A program made the position numbers and the translations under genes. From assembly GCA_963715985.1 (NCBI GenBank), contig CAVQSP010000013.1, positions 224,001 through 288,000 of the forward strand: a stretch of DNA of 64,000 nt, in the 5' to 3' direction. Numbering within the stretch: the first letter of the stretch is position 1; each line of letters begins with the position of its first letter. The stretch is from an uncultured Thermoleophilia bacterium (GTDB lineage: Bacteria > Actinomycetota > Thermoleophilia > UBA2241). A model generated the notes under the pieces. It saw nothing but the letters and a program-made list of their open reading frames with translations. It was not told the DNA's origin and searched no databases. Positions 19,677 through 30,172 of this stretch are shown here, piece after piece.

Positions 19677-20308
19677 TCAGCGCAGACTCGCGGCCGCGTC
19701 GCGCTGCTCGCGCTCGACCGCGTCGCGCACGCAGCAGCCGTCGGCGTGGTCGTTGACGATGCCGGCTGCCTGCATCAGGGAGTAGGCGGTCGTCGGGCCG
19801 ACGAAGCGGAAGCCGCGCCTCTTGAGCTCCTTGGCGAGCGCCGTGGACTCGGGGCTCGCGGCGACGAAGTCGTCCCGCGAGCGCGGCGCCCTCTGCGCCT
19901 CCGGCCGGAACCGCCAGAAGAACGCCGCCAGAGAGCCGTGCTCCTCGATCACCGGCAGGGCGGCGCGGGCGTTGGCGATGGCCGCCTCGATCTTGAGGCG
20001 GTTGCGCACGATGCCGGCGTCGCGCCATGCAGCCGGGCGAAGTCGGTCTCGCCGAAGGCGGCCACGGCAGGGATGCTGAAGTCCGCGAAGGCCTCGCGGA
20101 AGGCCGGCCGCTTGCGCAGGATCGTGAGCCACGAGAGGCCGGACTGGAAGGCCTCGAGGGTCAACCGCTCGAAGAGCAGGTCGTCCTCCAGCACCGGCCG
20201 CCCCCACTCGTCGTCGTGGTAGGCGACGTACTCGGGCGCTCCGCCGACGGCCCAGAAGCAGCGCGGCCGGCCGTCCGGGCCGGCCGCGAGCGCGTCGTTC
20301 TCGATCAT
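19677..20308 (-). CDS. tag: DNA-3-methyladenine glycosylase I; frameshift near 20030
   Basis: YHDDEWG, LEAFQSGLSW, DAGIVRNRLKI, GFRFVGPTT, QAAGIVNDH. Confidence 0.93.
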
Positions 20309-20312
20309 CGCG

Positions 20313-20624
20313 TCAGGAGAGCTTCTCCCTGGCCTTGGCGATGAGCTCGTTGGCCTCTTTCTGAGCCCTCTCCAGCAGGTCGGCGGCCTCCTTCTTGGCC
20401 CGCTCCAGGAGCTCGGCGGCCTCGGCCTTGGCCTTCTCGATGATCTCGGCCGCCTCGGCCTTGGCCTTGTCGGTGGTGGGCTTGGCCTTCTCGCTCCAGT
20501 CGCCGGCCTTGGCCTTGGCCTTCTCGCCGAGGTCGACGGCCGTGGCCTTTGCCTTGTCGAGAGCCGGTCCCGACTTCTCCTTGGCGTCCGCTGCGGCCTG
20601 CTTGGCCTTGTCTGTGATCCCCAT
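20313..20624 (-). CDS. Ala/Lys/Glu-rich 11-mer repeat protein (LEA-like), 103 aa
   Basis: MGITDKAKQ...; repeats of the form (E/D)(K/R)AKxEAAExx. Confidence 0.78.
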   Translation of the reverse strand: MGITDKAKQAAADAKEKSGPALDKAKATAVDLGEKAKAKAGDWSEKAKPTTDKAKAEAAEIIEKAKAEAAELLERAKKEAADLLERAQKEANELIAKAREKLS

Positions 20625-20731
20625 GAGGTCCTCCAGTCTTCGGTGCGTGGTGGTCTGGTTCTCACTGTACCCGGCTCGAGGCATCGCCAAGTGGGGACGA
20701 GGGCGGCCGGCCGTCGCGGGGCTGCTCGCGG

Positions 20732-21505
20732 TCACTTCACGAAGTAGACGACGGCGATGACGACTCCCAGGACGACGACCACGGTGCGGAGCGTGCTCGC
20801 CGGCACCCTGCCGGCGAATCGTCCCCCCAGCGAGCCGCCGATGAGGGCGCCGACCGCCATGACGGCGACGGCGCTCCAAACAACGCCGCCGGCCGAGGCG
20901 AACAGCACGGCCGCGGCGGCGTTGGCGAAGAACGAGATCGCCTGCTTGAGCGCGTTCACGCGGGTAAGCGAGTCGGGCAGCGCCAGCGAGAAGAGCGACA
21001 GCAGGATGATGCCGAGACCGGCGCCGAAGTAGCCTCCGTACACGGCGCCGGCGAACGCGGCCGCGACGCCGGCGACGCCCGCGCGGCCCGCCGCGTCGTG
21101 CTCGCGGAGCCGCCTGACGGCCGTCTTCTTGAGCCACGGCTCGGCCGCCAGCAGCGCCGTGGCCAGCAGGACGAGCCACGGCACGAGCTGGCCGAAGAGC
21201 TTCTCGCCGGTGAGCAGCAGCAGGGCGCCGCCGATCAGGCCGCCGGCCACGGCCGGCACGAGCATGACCCACACGCGCCGCCGCTGGCCGCTCAGGTCGT
21301 GGCGCTGGCCCAGCGTGCCGCCGAGGTAGCCCGGCACGAGGGCCACCGTGTTCGTCGTGTTTGCGTTCAGCGCGGGCACGCCCACGGCGATGAGTGCCGG
21401 GAAGGTGATCAGGGTCCCACCGCCGGCGAGGGCGTTCACGGCTCCGCCGCCGACTGCCGCCAGGCCGAGCAAGCCGAGGTCGAGCGCCGTGATGGTCACG
21501 GGCAC
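20732..21505 (-). CDS. TauE/SafE (TSUP) family exporter
   Basis: NALAGGGTLITFP, YGGYFGAGLG, NALK. Confidence 0.92.
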   Translation of the reverse strand: MPVTITALDLGLLGLAAVGGGAVNALAGGGTLITFPALIAVGVPALNANTTNTVALVPGYLGGTLGQRHDLSGQRRRVWVMLVPAVAGGLIGGALLLLTGEKLFGQLVPWLVLLATALLAAEPWLKKTAVRRLREHDAAGRAGVAGVAAAFAGAVYGGYFGAGLGIILLSLFSLALPDSLTRVNALKQAISFFANAAAAVLFASAGGVVWSAVAVMAVGALIGGSLGGRFAGRVPASTLRTVVVVLGVVIAVVYFVK

Positions 21506-21535
21506 ACGCAGACGTACGGCGGGCGCGGGCCGGGT

Positions 21536-21805
21536 CTACTTCTTCAGCGCGTCGCTGGCCTTCTGCGCCAGGTCCGAGGCCTCCTGCTTGGCCTGCTCGA
21601 GGTGGGGCTTCGCCTTCTCCGCGAGCCCGGCCGCGTCGGTCTTGGCCTGTTCCATCATCGGCTTGGCTTTCTCGCCGTACTCGGCCGCCTTCTCCTTGGC
21701 CTTCTCCAGGGTCGGTGCGGCCTTCTCCTGCAGGTCGTCCGCGGCGGCCTTGGCCGCCGCCGCGGCCTCCTCGGCCATCTGCTTGGCCTTGTCGAAGAAT
21801 CCCAT
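21536..21805 (-). CDS. Ala/Lys/Glu-rich 11-mer repeat protein (LEA-like), 89 aa
   Basis: MGFFDKAKQ...EKAKP repeats; GGGAG RBS. Confidence 0.8.
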   Translation of the reverse strand: MGFFDKAKQMAEEAAAAAKAAADDLQEKAAPTLEKAKEKAAEYGEKAKPMMEQAKTDAAGLAEKAKPHLEQAKQEASDLAQKASDALKK

Positions 21806-21883
21806 GCTCCCTCCCGGTGGTCGGCTCTGCGCCTGTGCAGACCTTGTACCCTGCGCCGCTTGCGACGCATCTCCTGCATATGC

Positions 21884-21912
21884 TTGACTGAGCTATATCA
21901 AGTAGATATAGT
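21884..21912 (+). promoter_or_regulatory. Sigma70-type promoter overlapped by a palindromic operator, likely PadR autoregulation
   Basis: TTGACT-N17-TATAGT; CTATATC-N5-GATATAG at 21893-21911. Confidence 0.8.
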
Positions 21913-21946
21913 AAGTTTCGTCATAGCAAGCGACAACGGAGGAACG

Positions 21947-22555
21947 ATGCCCCGGGAGAACAAGACGAAGTACGCGGTGCTCGGCCTGCTCACCTACGGC
22001 CCTCTCTCCGGGTACGACATCAAGCGCATCTACGCGCAGAGTCTCGGCAACTTCTGGAGCGAGAGCTACGGCGCCATCTACCCCATCCTGAAGCGGCTCG
22101 AGGAAGAGGGCCTGGCCACCTCCGAGGTGCAGCGCCAGGCCGGCAGGCCCGACCGCAACGTGTACACCATCACCGACCTGGGCCGCGATGAGCTGCACCG
22201 CTGGCTGGCGCAGCCCCCCGAGCCGGTCAAGGAGCGTGTCGAGCTGCTGCTCAAGCTGTTCCACGGCTGGGAGATCGGGCCCGCTGCCATGATCGAGCAC
22301 GTCAAGCAGACCCGCGCCCAGCACGTCGCGCTCCTCGAGCGGTACGCGCACTACGACGAGGTGATGACGCGCGACAACGAGCCGCCTTCGCCGTACTGGC
22401 TCATGACCGTGAGCTGCGGCCGGCACAACAGCACGGCGTACATCGACTGGTGTGACGAGACCATCGCCAAGCTGGAGCGACTCCCCGCGGAGCCGCGCGC
22501 CGGCGCCGAGAACTGGACCCCGACGGACCATCAGGACCTGGAGGCGAACGAATGA
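21947..22555 (+). CDS. PadR-family transcriptional regulator
   Basis: YAVLGLL, SGYDIK, FWSESYGAIYPILKRL, YTITDLGR. Confidence 0.93.
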   Translation: MPRENKTKYAVLGLLTYGPLSGYDIKRIYAQSLGNFWSESYGAIYPILKRLEEEGLATSEVQRQAGRPDRNVYTITDLGRDELHRWLAQPPEPVKERVELLLKLFHGWEIGPAAMIEHVKQTRAQHVALLERYAHYDEVMTRDNEPPSPYWLMTVSCGRHNSTAYIDWCDETIAKLERLPAEPRAGAENWTPTDHQDLEANE

Positions 22556-23193
22556 CCACCGAACCGACCCGCACGGCCCTGCTCCTGGACGGGCGCCGCG
22601 ACGACGAGCCGACCCTCGCGCTGGCGCACGACGCGCTGGTCGGCGGCCTGGCCGCAGGCGGCTGGGCCGTCGACGACTGGCGCCTGCGCGACGACAAGAT
22701 CGCCTGGTGCGCCGGCTGCTTCAAGTGCTGGACGCAGACGCCCGGCGTGTGCGCCCACCGCGACGACGGGCGCACCGTCGCCGAGCGCTGGGTCCACAGC
22801 GATCTCGTCGTCTTCCTCACGCCGGTGACGTTCGGCGGCTACTCGTCCGAGCTCAAGAAGGCGCTCGACCACGTGATCCCGATCCTGCAGCCGTTCATGC
22901 AGAAGCGGCGCGGCGAGACGCGCCACCCGCAGCGCTACGTGCGGCGGCGCGACCTGCTCGTGGTCGGCACCGTCCCTGCCGGCGAGGCCGGCGGCCCCGA
23001 GGCGACGACGTTCCGCCGGCTGGTGGAGCGCAACACCCTGAACATGCAGCCGCCGCGCTGGACGGCCGGCGTGCTCGAAGAGGGCGCCGGCGAGTGGGAG
23101 GTCCGCGTGGCGGTCGCCGCTCTGCTCGCCGAGGTGGGCGTCGAGGGCGAGCGCGCCGCACATGGCGCCGGCCGGGAGAAGGTGGTCGCATGA
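22552..23193 (+). CDS. Flavodoxin-like NAD(P)H-dependent oxidoreductase with a Cys motif
   Basis: CAGCFKCW..TPGVC, TPVTFGGYSSELKK; overlaps the padR stop. Confidence 0.82.
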   Translation: MTTEPTRTALLLDGRRDDEPTLALAHDALVGGLAAGGWAVDDWRLRDDKIAWCAGCFKCWTQTPGVCAHRDDGRTVAERWVHSDLVVFLTPVTFGGYSSELKKALDHVIPILQPFMQKRRGETRHPQRYVRRRDLLVVGTVPAGEAGGPEATTFRRLVERNTLNMQPPRWTAGVLEEGAGEWEVRVAVAALLAEVGVEGERAAHGAGREKVVA

Positions 23194-23882
23194 ACGCTCC
23201 AAAGCAGGCGCTGCTGCTGGTCGGCAGCCCCAAGCCGGGCGAGAGCACCTCGGAGTCGCTCGGCGCCTATCTGCTCGACGATCTCGAGAAGCGCGGTGTG
23301 AGGACGCAGACCCTGCACGTCACCAAGGCGGTGCGCACGGAGGAGTCGATTGCGGAGTTGCACGCGGCCGTCGCCGCGGCCGACCTGGTCGTCCTCTCGT
23401 TCCCGCTGTACGTGGACAGCCTGCCTGCGCCGGCGATCCGCGCGCTCGAGCTCATCGCGGCGGAGCGCGCGGGCGAGGCCGGCGCCCGTGCGGCAGGCCC
23501 GGACGGCCAGGCGTTCGTCACCATCTGCCAGTCGGGCTTCCCGGAGGTGGACCACAGCGAGGTCGCCGTCGAGATCTGCCGGCACTTCGCGCAGGACGCC
23601 GGGTTCGAGTGGGCCGGCGGGCTGATCCTGCCCGCCGGCGGCATGCTCGACGGCCAGCCGCTGGCCAAGATGAAGGGCATGATGCGCACGGCGGTCGACG
23701 CGCTCGACCTCAGCGCCGAGGAGCTGGCGGCCGGACGGCCGGTGCCCGACGAGGCGGTCCGGCTCATGGCCAAGCTGCCGATCCCCGCGTTCGGCTACCG
23801 CTTCATGGCCAACCGGGGCTGGCACTCGCAGTTCAAGAAGCGCGGCGAAGGCGAGTCGTTGAAGGCGCAGCCGTTCGCCTGA
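23190..23882 (+). CDS. Flavodoxin-like NAD(P)H-dependent oxidoreductase
   Basis: LLVGSPK...STS, FPLYVDSLP, QSGFPE. Confidence 0.82.
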   Translation: MNAPKQALLLVGSPKPGESTSESLGAYLLDDLEKRGVRTQTLHVTKAVRTEESIAELHAAVAAADLVVLSFPLYVDSLPAPAIRALELIAAERAGEAGARAAGPDGQAFVTICQSGFPEVDHSEVAVEICRHFAQDAGFEWAGGLILPAGGMLDGQPLAKMKGMMRTAVDALDLSAEELAAGRPVPDEAVRLMAKLPIPAFGYRFMANRGWHSQFKKRGEGESLKAQPFA

Positions 23883-23908
23883 GGCCGCGGACGCGTTCCT
23901 CCCAGACC

Positions 23909-25004
23909 CTACACTGCTTGGGGGTCTTGGGCCGGCATGGGCTGCGCCGCACGCGCCTGCTCCTCGCGGATGAGCAGGCGGATGGTCACGAAGGTGACGA
24001 GCACGATGGCGAGGCCGAACACGGCCGTCAGCTGCTGCCGGTAGAAGGCGAAGAACTCGTTGATGAAGAGCGTCACGAGCACGGCGCGCTCGAACCAGCG
24101 GTACGCCGTGAGCCTCGAGTGTCGCCAGCGCAGGATCCCGATGACGACGAGCACCCCGGCCGCCAGGGCGGACGCCACCTGTCCCTTCTGGGCGAAGTCC
24201 ATCGCCGCGACGCTCGAGGCGGCGACGAACGGGTAGGCCAGCGACACCAGCGCGAGGGCCACGTACCAGCCGACGACGACGATCCTGAACCAGCGGTTCG
24301 CGCTGATCCGGGCGATCCAGCTGCCCAGGCGCGCCTTGAGCCGCAGGAGCGCAGGCGGCGCGGACGCGGGGACGTCTGTCATGCCTTCCACCATCGTCCT
24401 GAGCTGCCCGACGATCGGGTCGGTCTGGTCGCAGCGCGCCAGCATCGCCAAGGCGTCGGCGCGCTCGGCCTGGTCCATGTCGCGGATGACAGCCTCTTTG
24501 GCCAGGTCGAAGGCGTTGACGAGCGCCGACTGTGGCGACACGGCCAGGCGATGCGGATGATCGCCCGGGCGACGAGGAACAGCACCACGAAGACCAGGTA
24601 GATGATGGCGATGGCGGGCTTGAAGAAGTAGTCGTTGTCGGACGTGATGAACTTGCCGAGCTCGTCGATGAAGAGGCCGAAGCCGATGCCGGCGGCGAAC
24701 GTCGCCAGGACCTTCCAGAGGCGGCCCTGCATGGCCATGAAGAGGACGAGGGCGATGAGCATCCCGAGGCCGCCCCACAGCAGGTGGGCGAAGTGGATCT
24801 TGCCGCCGCCGAGCTGCGGCCACCGGTCGCCGCGAGGGCGGCGCGCACGATGAGGATGGTGGCGAAGGCCGTGACCAGGAAGAGCTCGAGGTCACGGCCC
24901 GCGTAGATGCTGCGCACGAAGAAGGATCGCTTCGGGGCGGCGCAGCGACACTGGCCTGCGCCTCGACCCTGCCATCGGCGATCCCTGTGATTCCAGTCGG
25001 CCAC
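23909..25004 (-). CDS. Conserved-looking membrane protein with several frameshifts
   Basis: Hydrophobic segments across frames: LELFLVTAFATILIVR, HFAHLLWGG, GIGFGLFIDELGKFITSDNDYF. Confidence 0.7.
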
Positions 25005-25015
25005 TCTGGACTCCT

Positions 25016-26526
25016 TCAGAGCAGTCGTGAGAACAGCCGGTAGATGGAGTTCCGGAACTTCGCTGCGCGCTGAAGCGATTGCACCCACTCGAGCGTGACC
25101 TCGCAGCACTCAGCGATGTCCTTCTCGTACTGCGTGGCGTAGTTCCGTCGCGATGGTATCGTCGTAGAAGATGGACACCACCTCGTCGTGCAGGATGAAG
25201 CTGCGGATGTCCCAGTTGCAGGTGCCGATGAGCGAGAACTGGTCGTCGACGGTCACGGTCTTCGCGTGCAGAAAGCCTGCCTTGTACTGGTAGACCTTCA
25301 CGCCGGCGCGCAGCAGCTGCGGGTAGTAGGCGTGCGCGGCGTAGAACGGGATCTTCTTGTCCGGCACGCCGGTCATCATGAAGCGCACGTCCACTCCCGC
25401 CGCGGCGCCTGCGCACATCGCCGTGATCAGCGGTTCGTCCGGCACGAAGTACGGCGACTGGATCCAGATGCGCCGGCGCGCGTTGGTGAGGGCGATGATG
25501 AACACGTCGCGGATCGTCTTGAAGTCGGTGGCCACGCTCGAGTGCAGCACCTGTACCGGCGTGCCTTCGCCGGGCGCGTGCGTCCGTCGGCTCGGCCGCG
25601 TACCCCGTGACCAGGTCTTCCTTGCGCCCGTTGAGCAGCCACGTGGCCGCGAACAGCATGAGGTAGGGCGTCACGACGGGGCCGGTCAGGCGGAACGACG
25701 TGTCGCGCCAGACGGCGAAGCGCGGCCCGCCGTCGATGTACTCCTGGCCCATGTTCATGCCGCCGCTGTACACGCTCTTGCCGTCGATGATCACCATCTT
25801 CATGTGGTTGCGGTAGTTGATGTGCGAGAGGTGCTTGAAGCACGGGACGACCACGGCGCCGGCCGGCGGCGAGCTGCTTGAGCTCGTCCTTCTTGTAGGT
25901 GATGCAGCTCAGCCAGTCGTAGATGATGTGGACCTGCACGCCGGCCTTGAGGCGGTCGAGCAGCACCTCTGTGACCTTGGCCGTGAGCTCGTCCTGCTCC
26001 CAGATGAGGTACATGAGGTGGATGTACCTGCTCGCGCCGTCGCCATCTCCTCGAGCAGGCGCCGGGAACTTCTGCGAGCCGGCCGTGTAGATCTCGACGG
26101 TGTCGGCCGGCAGCGGCACGATGCCGTCCTCGTGACGGCCTGTGGACTCGACCCGCGCCGCCCGGTGTGCCCTCCATGCTCGCCGATCGCGGCCTCAGAG
26201 AAGCTCCGCGTTGGCGGCCAGCGTCGGCGCCAGCGAGCGTTCGGCGAGCCGGGTCCATCTGCGCCGAGCACTCTCGGTGCGCCTCCTGGACGCGCGCCGG
26301 TAGTTCCGCCCGATGAAGAAGTAGGCGACGATGCCGATGACCGGCACCAGCATGATCACGAACAGCCAGGCGAGCACGGTGCTCGGGTCGCGGTCGTCGG
26401 TGGCGAGCGCGATCACCACGCCCGCCAGCGCGAGCAGGATGATGATCTCGAAGACCCAGCCGGCGACGCTCTGCGCGGTGACGGCGGTGAGCAGCGTGCG
26501 CGGCCGGGCAGCGCCAGGGCGGTCAT
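25016..26526 (-). CDS. cls: Cardiolipin synthase with several frameshifts
   Basis: N-terminal TM segment (RDPSTVLAWL), two HKD motifs (RNHMKMVIIDG, LHAKTVTVDD), QSPYFVP. Confidence 0.85.
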
Positions 26527-27188
26527 GCCGCCCTCCGCGCCGCACGCCGCGCGTGCTCGGCCCGCCAGATCGGGTCGATCAGCACGAGCAGCGAGATGGC
26601 CAGGTACACGACGACGGCGGCGACCGGCAGGATGAGCCCGAGCAGCGTCGCCGCGGCCTGGATGATCACGGCCACGCGCCGCTGCCGGTCGAAAGCCTTG
26701 AGCTCGGCGTCGGCCGCGTCGTCGGCCGCGACGCCCGGGGTGCGGCTCGCATAGCCGAACATCACGTTCACCATCAGCGAGGCCAGCGTGAGGTTGATGC
26801 CGAAGATCACGACCGCGATGTGGGCGGCGCTGTCGTCGAGGTGATTGGCCAGCAGGCTCGTCGTGAAGGGGAGGAAGGAGACGAAGAGCAGGAGGACCAG
26901 GTTGAGGCCCATCATCACCTGGTCCGCCGCCTTGGTGAACCGCGTCAGGTTGCTGTGCGCCATCCAGACGCCGCCGATGAAGGCGAAGCTGACGAAGTAG
27001 CCCGAGGTAGCTCGGCCACTCAGCGCCCAGCTCGTGCAGCAGGGCCTCGCGGGTCGAGTGGGACGTGCAGCTCGAGGACCAGCAGCGTGATCGCGATGGC
27101 GAACACGCCGTCCGAGAACGCCTCGAGACGTGTGGTCGGCAGGAGGCGGCTCTCGATGCCTCCGCCTTGTGTTCCCGTCGTCAGGCAT
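26523..27188 (-). CDS. TMEM175-family K+ channel-like protein, frameshifted
   Basis: RLEAFSDGVFAIAITLLVL in one frame; YFVSFAFIGGVWMAH and FLPFTT in another. Confidence 0.85.
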   Translation of the reverse strand: MPDDGNTRRRHREPPPADHTSRGVLGRRVRHRDHAAGPRAARPTRPARPCCTSWALSGRATSGYFVSFAFIGGVWMAHSNLTRFTKAADQVMMGLNLVLLLFVSFLPFTTSLLANHLDDSAAHIAVVIFGINLTLASLMVNVMFGYASRTPGVAADDAADAELKAFDRQRRVAVIIQAAATLLGLILPVAAVVVYLAISLLVLIDPIWRAEHARRAARRAA

Positions 27189-27218
27189 CGTGCTCCTCTT
27201 GTCAGGGTTGTGCGATGT

Positions 27219-27990
27219 TCAGTCGAGTTCCTGCGTGCCGCCGCCGCTGACGGTGAGCACCTGACCGCTCACCCACGAGGACATCGGGGAGACGAGGAAC
27301 AGCACGGCGTTCGCCATGTCCTCGGGGTCACCCAGGCGGCCCAGCGGCGTGTGCTTCAGCATCTGCTTCTCGATCTCCGGGGTGAGCACCGTCGCAAGCG
27401 CGTGGGTGCGGGTGGCTCCCGGGGCGATGGCGTTCACGCGGATGCCCTTCGGGCCGAGGTCGAACGCCATGTTGCGCGTGAGGTGGTCCACGGCGGCCTT
27501 GGACGCGGCGTAGGACGTCATGTTGCCGTCCTTGTTCTCGCCGGCCATGGAGCTGACGTTGACGATGGCGCCGTGGCCGGCGGCCTCCATGTGCGGCGCG
27601 CAGAGCTGGCAGAAGCGGAAGCCGGCGAAGACGTTGAGCTCGAAGGCCCACTCGAACTGGTCCAGCGGCATGTCGAAGGGCTTGCGGTCCGCCGCCGCCG
27701 GCGTTGTTGACGAGGATGGTCACGCCGCCGAACGCGTCCACCGCCGCCTTCACGACGGCCTCGCGCTGGTCCTCGCTCGGTCACGTCGCAGGCGAGCGCG
27801 GCGGCTCTGCCGCCGGCCGCGCCGATCGCCGTCGGCGACCTCCTGCGCGGTCGCGGCGTCGAGGTCGCTGACGAGCGACCGCGGCGCCGGCTTCGGCGAG
27901 CCGCTCGGCGATGGCGCGGCCGATGCCGGCGCCGGCGCCGGTGACGACGGCGACCTCGCCGGAGAGGTCGAGCAGTGAGTCGAGCGGCAT
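27219..27990 (-). CDS. Short-chain dehydrogenase, 7-alpha-HSDH-like, frameshifted
   Basis: VTGAGAGIG, NNAGGGG, SSMAG, YAASK, VSGGGTQELD. Confidence 0.85.
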
Positions 27991-28004
27991 GGGAGTCTCC
28001 TCTC

Positions 28005-28711
28005 AGTCTCAGTTCCGGCGCCACGGAAGTGGCAGACGTACCGGCACGTGTCCCCGCCGAACGACCTGTGACTCGCCGGGAGCGACGGCTTGCCGCCGAT
28101 GCGGTGGCAGTACAGACAGGTGGCGAAGGCGCCCGAGACGGGGTGCGTGACCTTGGGCGCCGGCAGCGCCGCCACACCTGCGGCGGGCGGCTGCTGGGTC
28201 TGGTCCGGGTTCCCGACGTGGCAGAACGAGCAGCGCTGCACCCGGAAGGACAGGTGGTCCGCCGGCATGCCGAGCTTCTGCGCCGGGTCGCCGTGGCAGA
28301 GCACGCAGCGCTCCTCCAGGTCCGGCCGTGGCGTGCGGCACGACGGTCGCCGGCTCCGTCTCGTGGCAGGCCTCGCAACTCGAGGTGGGGAAGTTGCGGT
28401 GCGTCACCGGCAGCGTGTGCGCCGCGACGGAGTGGCAGGTGCCACAGGCGGCGGTCTGCCGGTCGACGGGGTGCGGGATGCCGACCATGCCGGCCTGGCC
28501 GTGACACGAGCGGCAGTCGCCCACGGTGAAGCCGGCGTGCGAGGCCGGGAGCTTCGCGATCTCGTGGCACTTCACGCAGTCGGCCTTGTCGCCGGTGACG
28601 CCGTGCGGGATGGCCGGTGCGGCGGCCGGCGACCCCGCGGTGAGTGGGGACCTTGGCCGAGACTGCCCAGGCGAACGCGCAGGCGGCGGCGATCAGCACG
28701 ACGAGGACCAT
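28005..28711 (-). CDS. Membrane-anchored multiheme cytochrome c with 8 heme motifs; frameshifted, both ends approximate
   Basis: CVKCH, CRSCH, CGTCH, CEACH, CVLCH, CSFCH, CLYCH, CRYVCH; hydrophobic N-terminus. Confidence 0.82.
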
Positions 28712-28754
28712 GACGACGACCGCGGAGACGATCTCTGTGCGTCATCTCATCACC

Positions 28755-30096
28755 TCAGACCATGTCGAAGCGTTCGGTGTGCACGCGGTCGCGCGGGACG
28801 CCGATCTGCGGCAGCGCCTTCTCCATCGCGTCCATGAGCGCGTTCGGCCCGCAGATGAAGTACTGGAAGCGCGTGAAGAGGCGCTCCGGCAGGTGCCGCT
28901 TCAGGATGTCCGTGTCGATGAAGCCGCGCTCGCCGGTCCAGTCTTCGCCGGGCCTGGCGAGCACGCGCACGACGGTGAGGTTGTCCATGCGCCGGTCCAG
29001 CTCGGCGAGCTCCTCGTCGTAGGTCAGGTCGGCCTCGTCGTTGGCGCCGTAGAACAGCACGATGGGGCGCACGTCCCCCCGCTCCTCCATGGCCAGGACC
29101 ATCGCGCGCAGCGGCGTGATGCCGACCCCGCCGCCGATGAGCCCGTACCCGGCGCCCTCCTCGCGGTCGATGGTGAACACGCCGTGCGGACCGTCGACCC
29201 ACGCCTTGGCGCCGGGCTTCACCTGCGGGACCACCTTGCCCGACCAGTCGCCGAGCGCCTTGATCGTGAACGAGACCTCGTCGCCGGGCTGTTCCGCGTC
29301 GTTGGCCGAGGAGATGCAGATCGGGTGCTGCGTCATGGCGAAGGGCGTGCGGCCGAAGCCGATCCAGGCGAACTGCCCCGGCTCCGCCGTGAACCCCTTG
29401 TGACCCCTGGGCTTCACGACCACGGTGCGGGCGTTGCCGTGCTCGGGCCGGTTCTCGACGACCTCCCACGGCCGGCTCCAGAGCCGCAGCGGCTTGAAGA
29501 GCCGGTAGCGGAGGAACAGCCCGATGAACACGACCAGGTACACGGCCCAGAGGGCCTGCATGACGGGCATCGCCGCGAAGCGGCCGACCGCCACGATGTG
29601 GATGCACGGCCGTGGCGACGAGCGCCATGGCGAGCACGCCGTGCGTGGCCTGCCACAGCTCGTAGGGGGTGTGCAGCCGCTTGCGGAGCAGCGAGAGACC
29701 CACGACGAGCAGGACGGCGATGAAGGCGACCGTGCCCATCCACACCGGCCAGGCCATCCCTCCCCCCGGCCAGAGGATCGCGGCCGGGTAGGCGTGCGAG
29801 AGGATGAGCAGCGCCGGATGCGCCAGCACGAGCAGGAACGCGGCGATGCCGATCTGGCGGTGGAACTGCAGCAGCGCGTCCTCGCCGAAGGCGCCCGCGG
29901 CGCCCTTGGTGCGCGTGACCAGCGCCAGCTCGAACGCCATCAGCGCGAGCCCCAGGTAGCCGAGGGCGTCGGCAAGCGCGACGCCGAAGTCGGCGGCGTC
30001 GGCCGAGCTGATGAAGACGGCGCCGACGACGAGCGGCAGGAAGACGATGAAGGCGTACAGCCCGAGCCAGAAGGCGCCCTTGACGATCAGCCTCAT
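28755..30096 (-). CDS. Ferric reductase-like TM domain fused to FAD/NAD-binding domains (NOX-like); frameshift near 29605
   Basis: Two His-x13-His TM pairs; QHPICISS, DGPHG, GGGVGITP, FICGP, ERF. Confidence 0.9.
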
Positions 30097-30172
30097 GGAG
30101 TCTCCGGCTGGGCGGACGGGGCGGGCCGTGTGACAGACGCCGTAGCCTGAAGCCCGGAACTCGGAAGTGACA

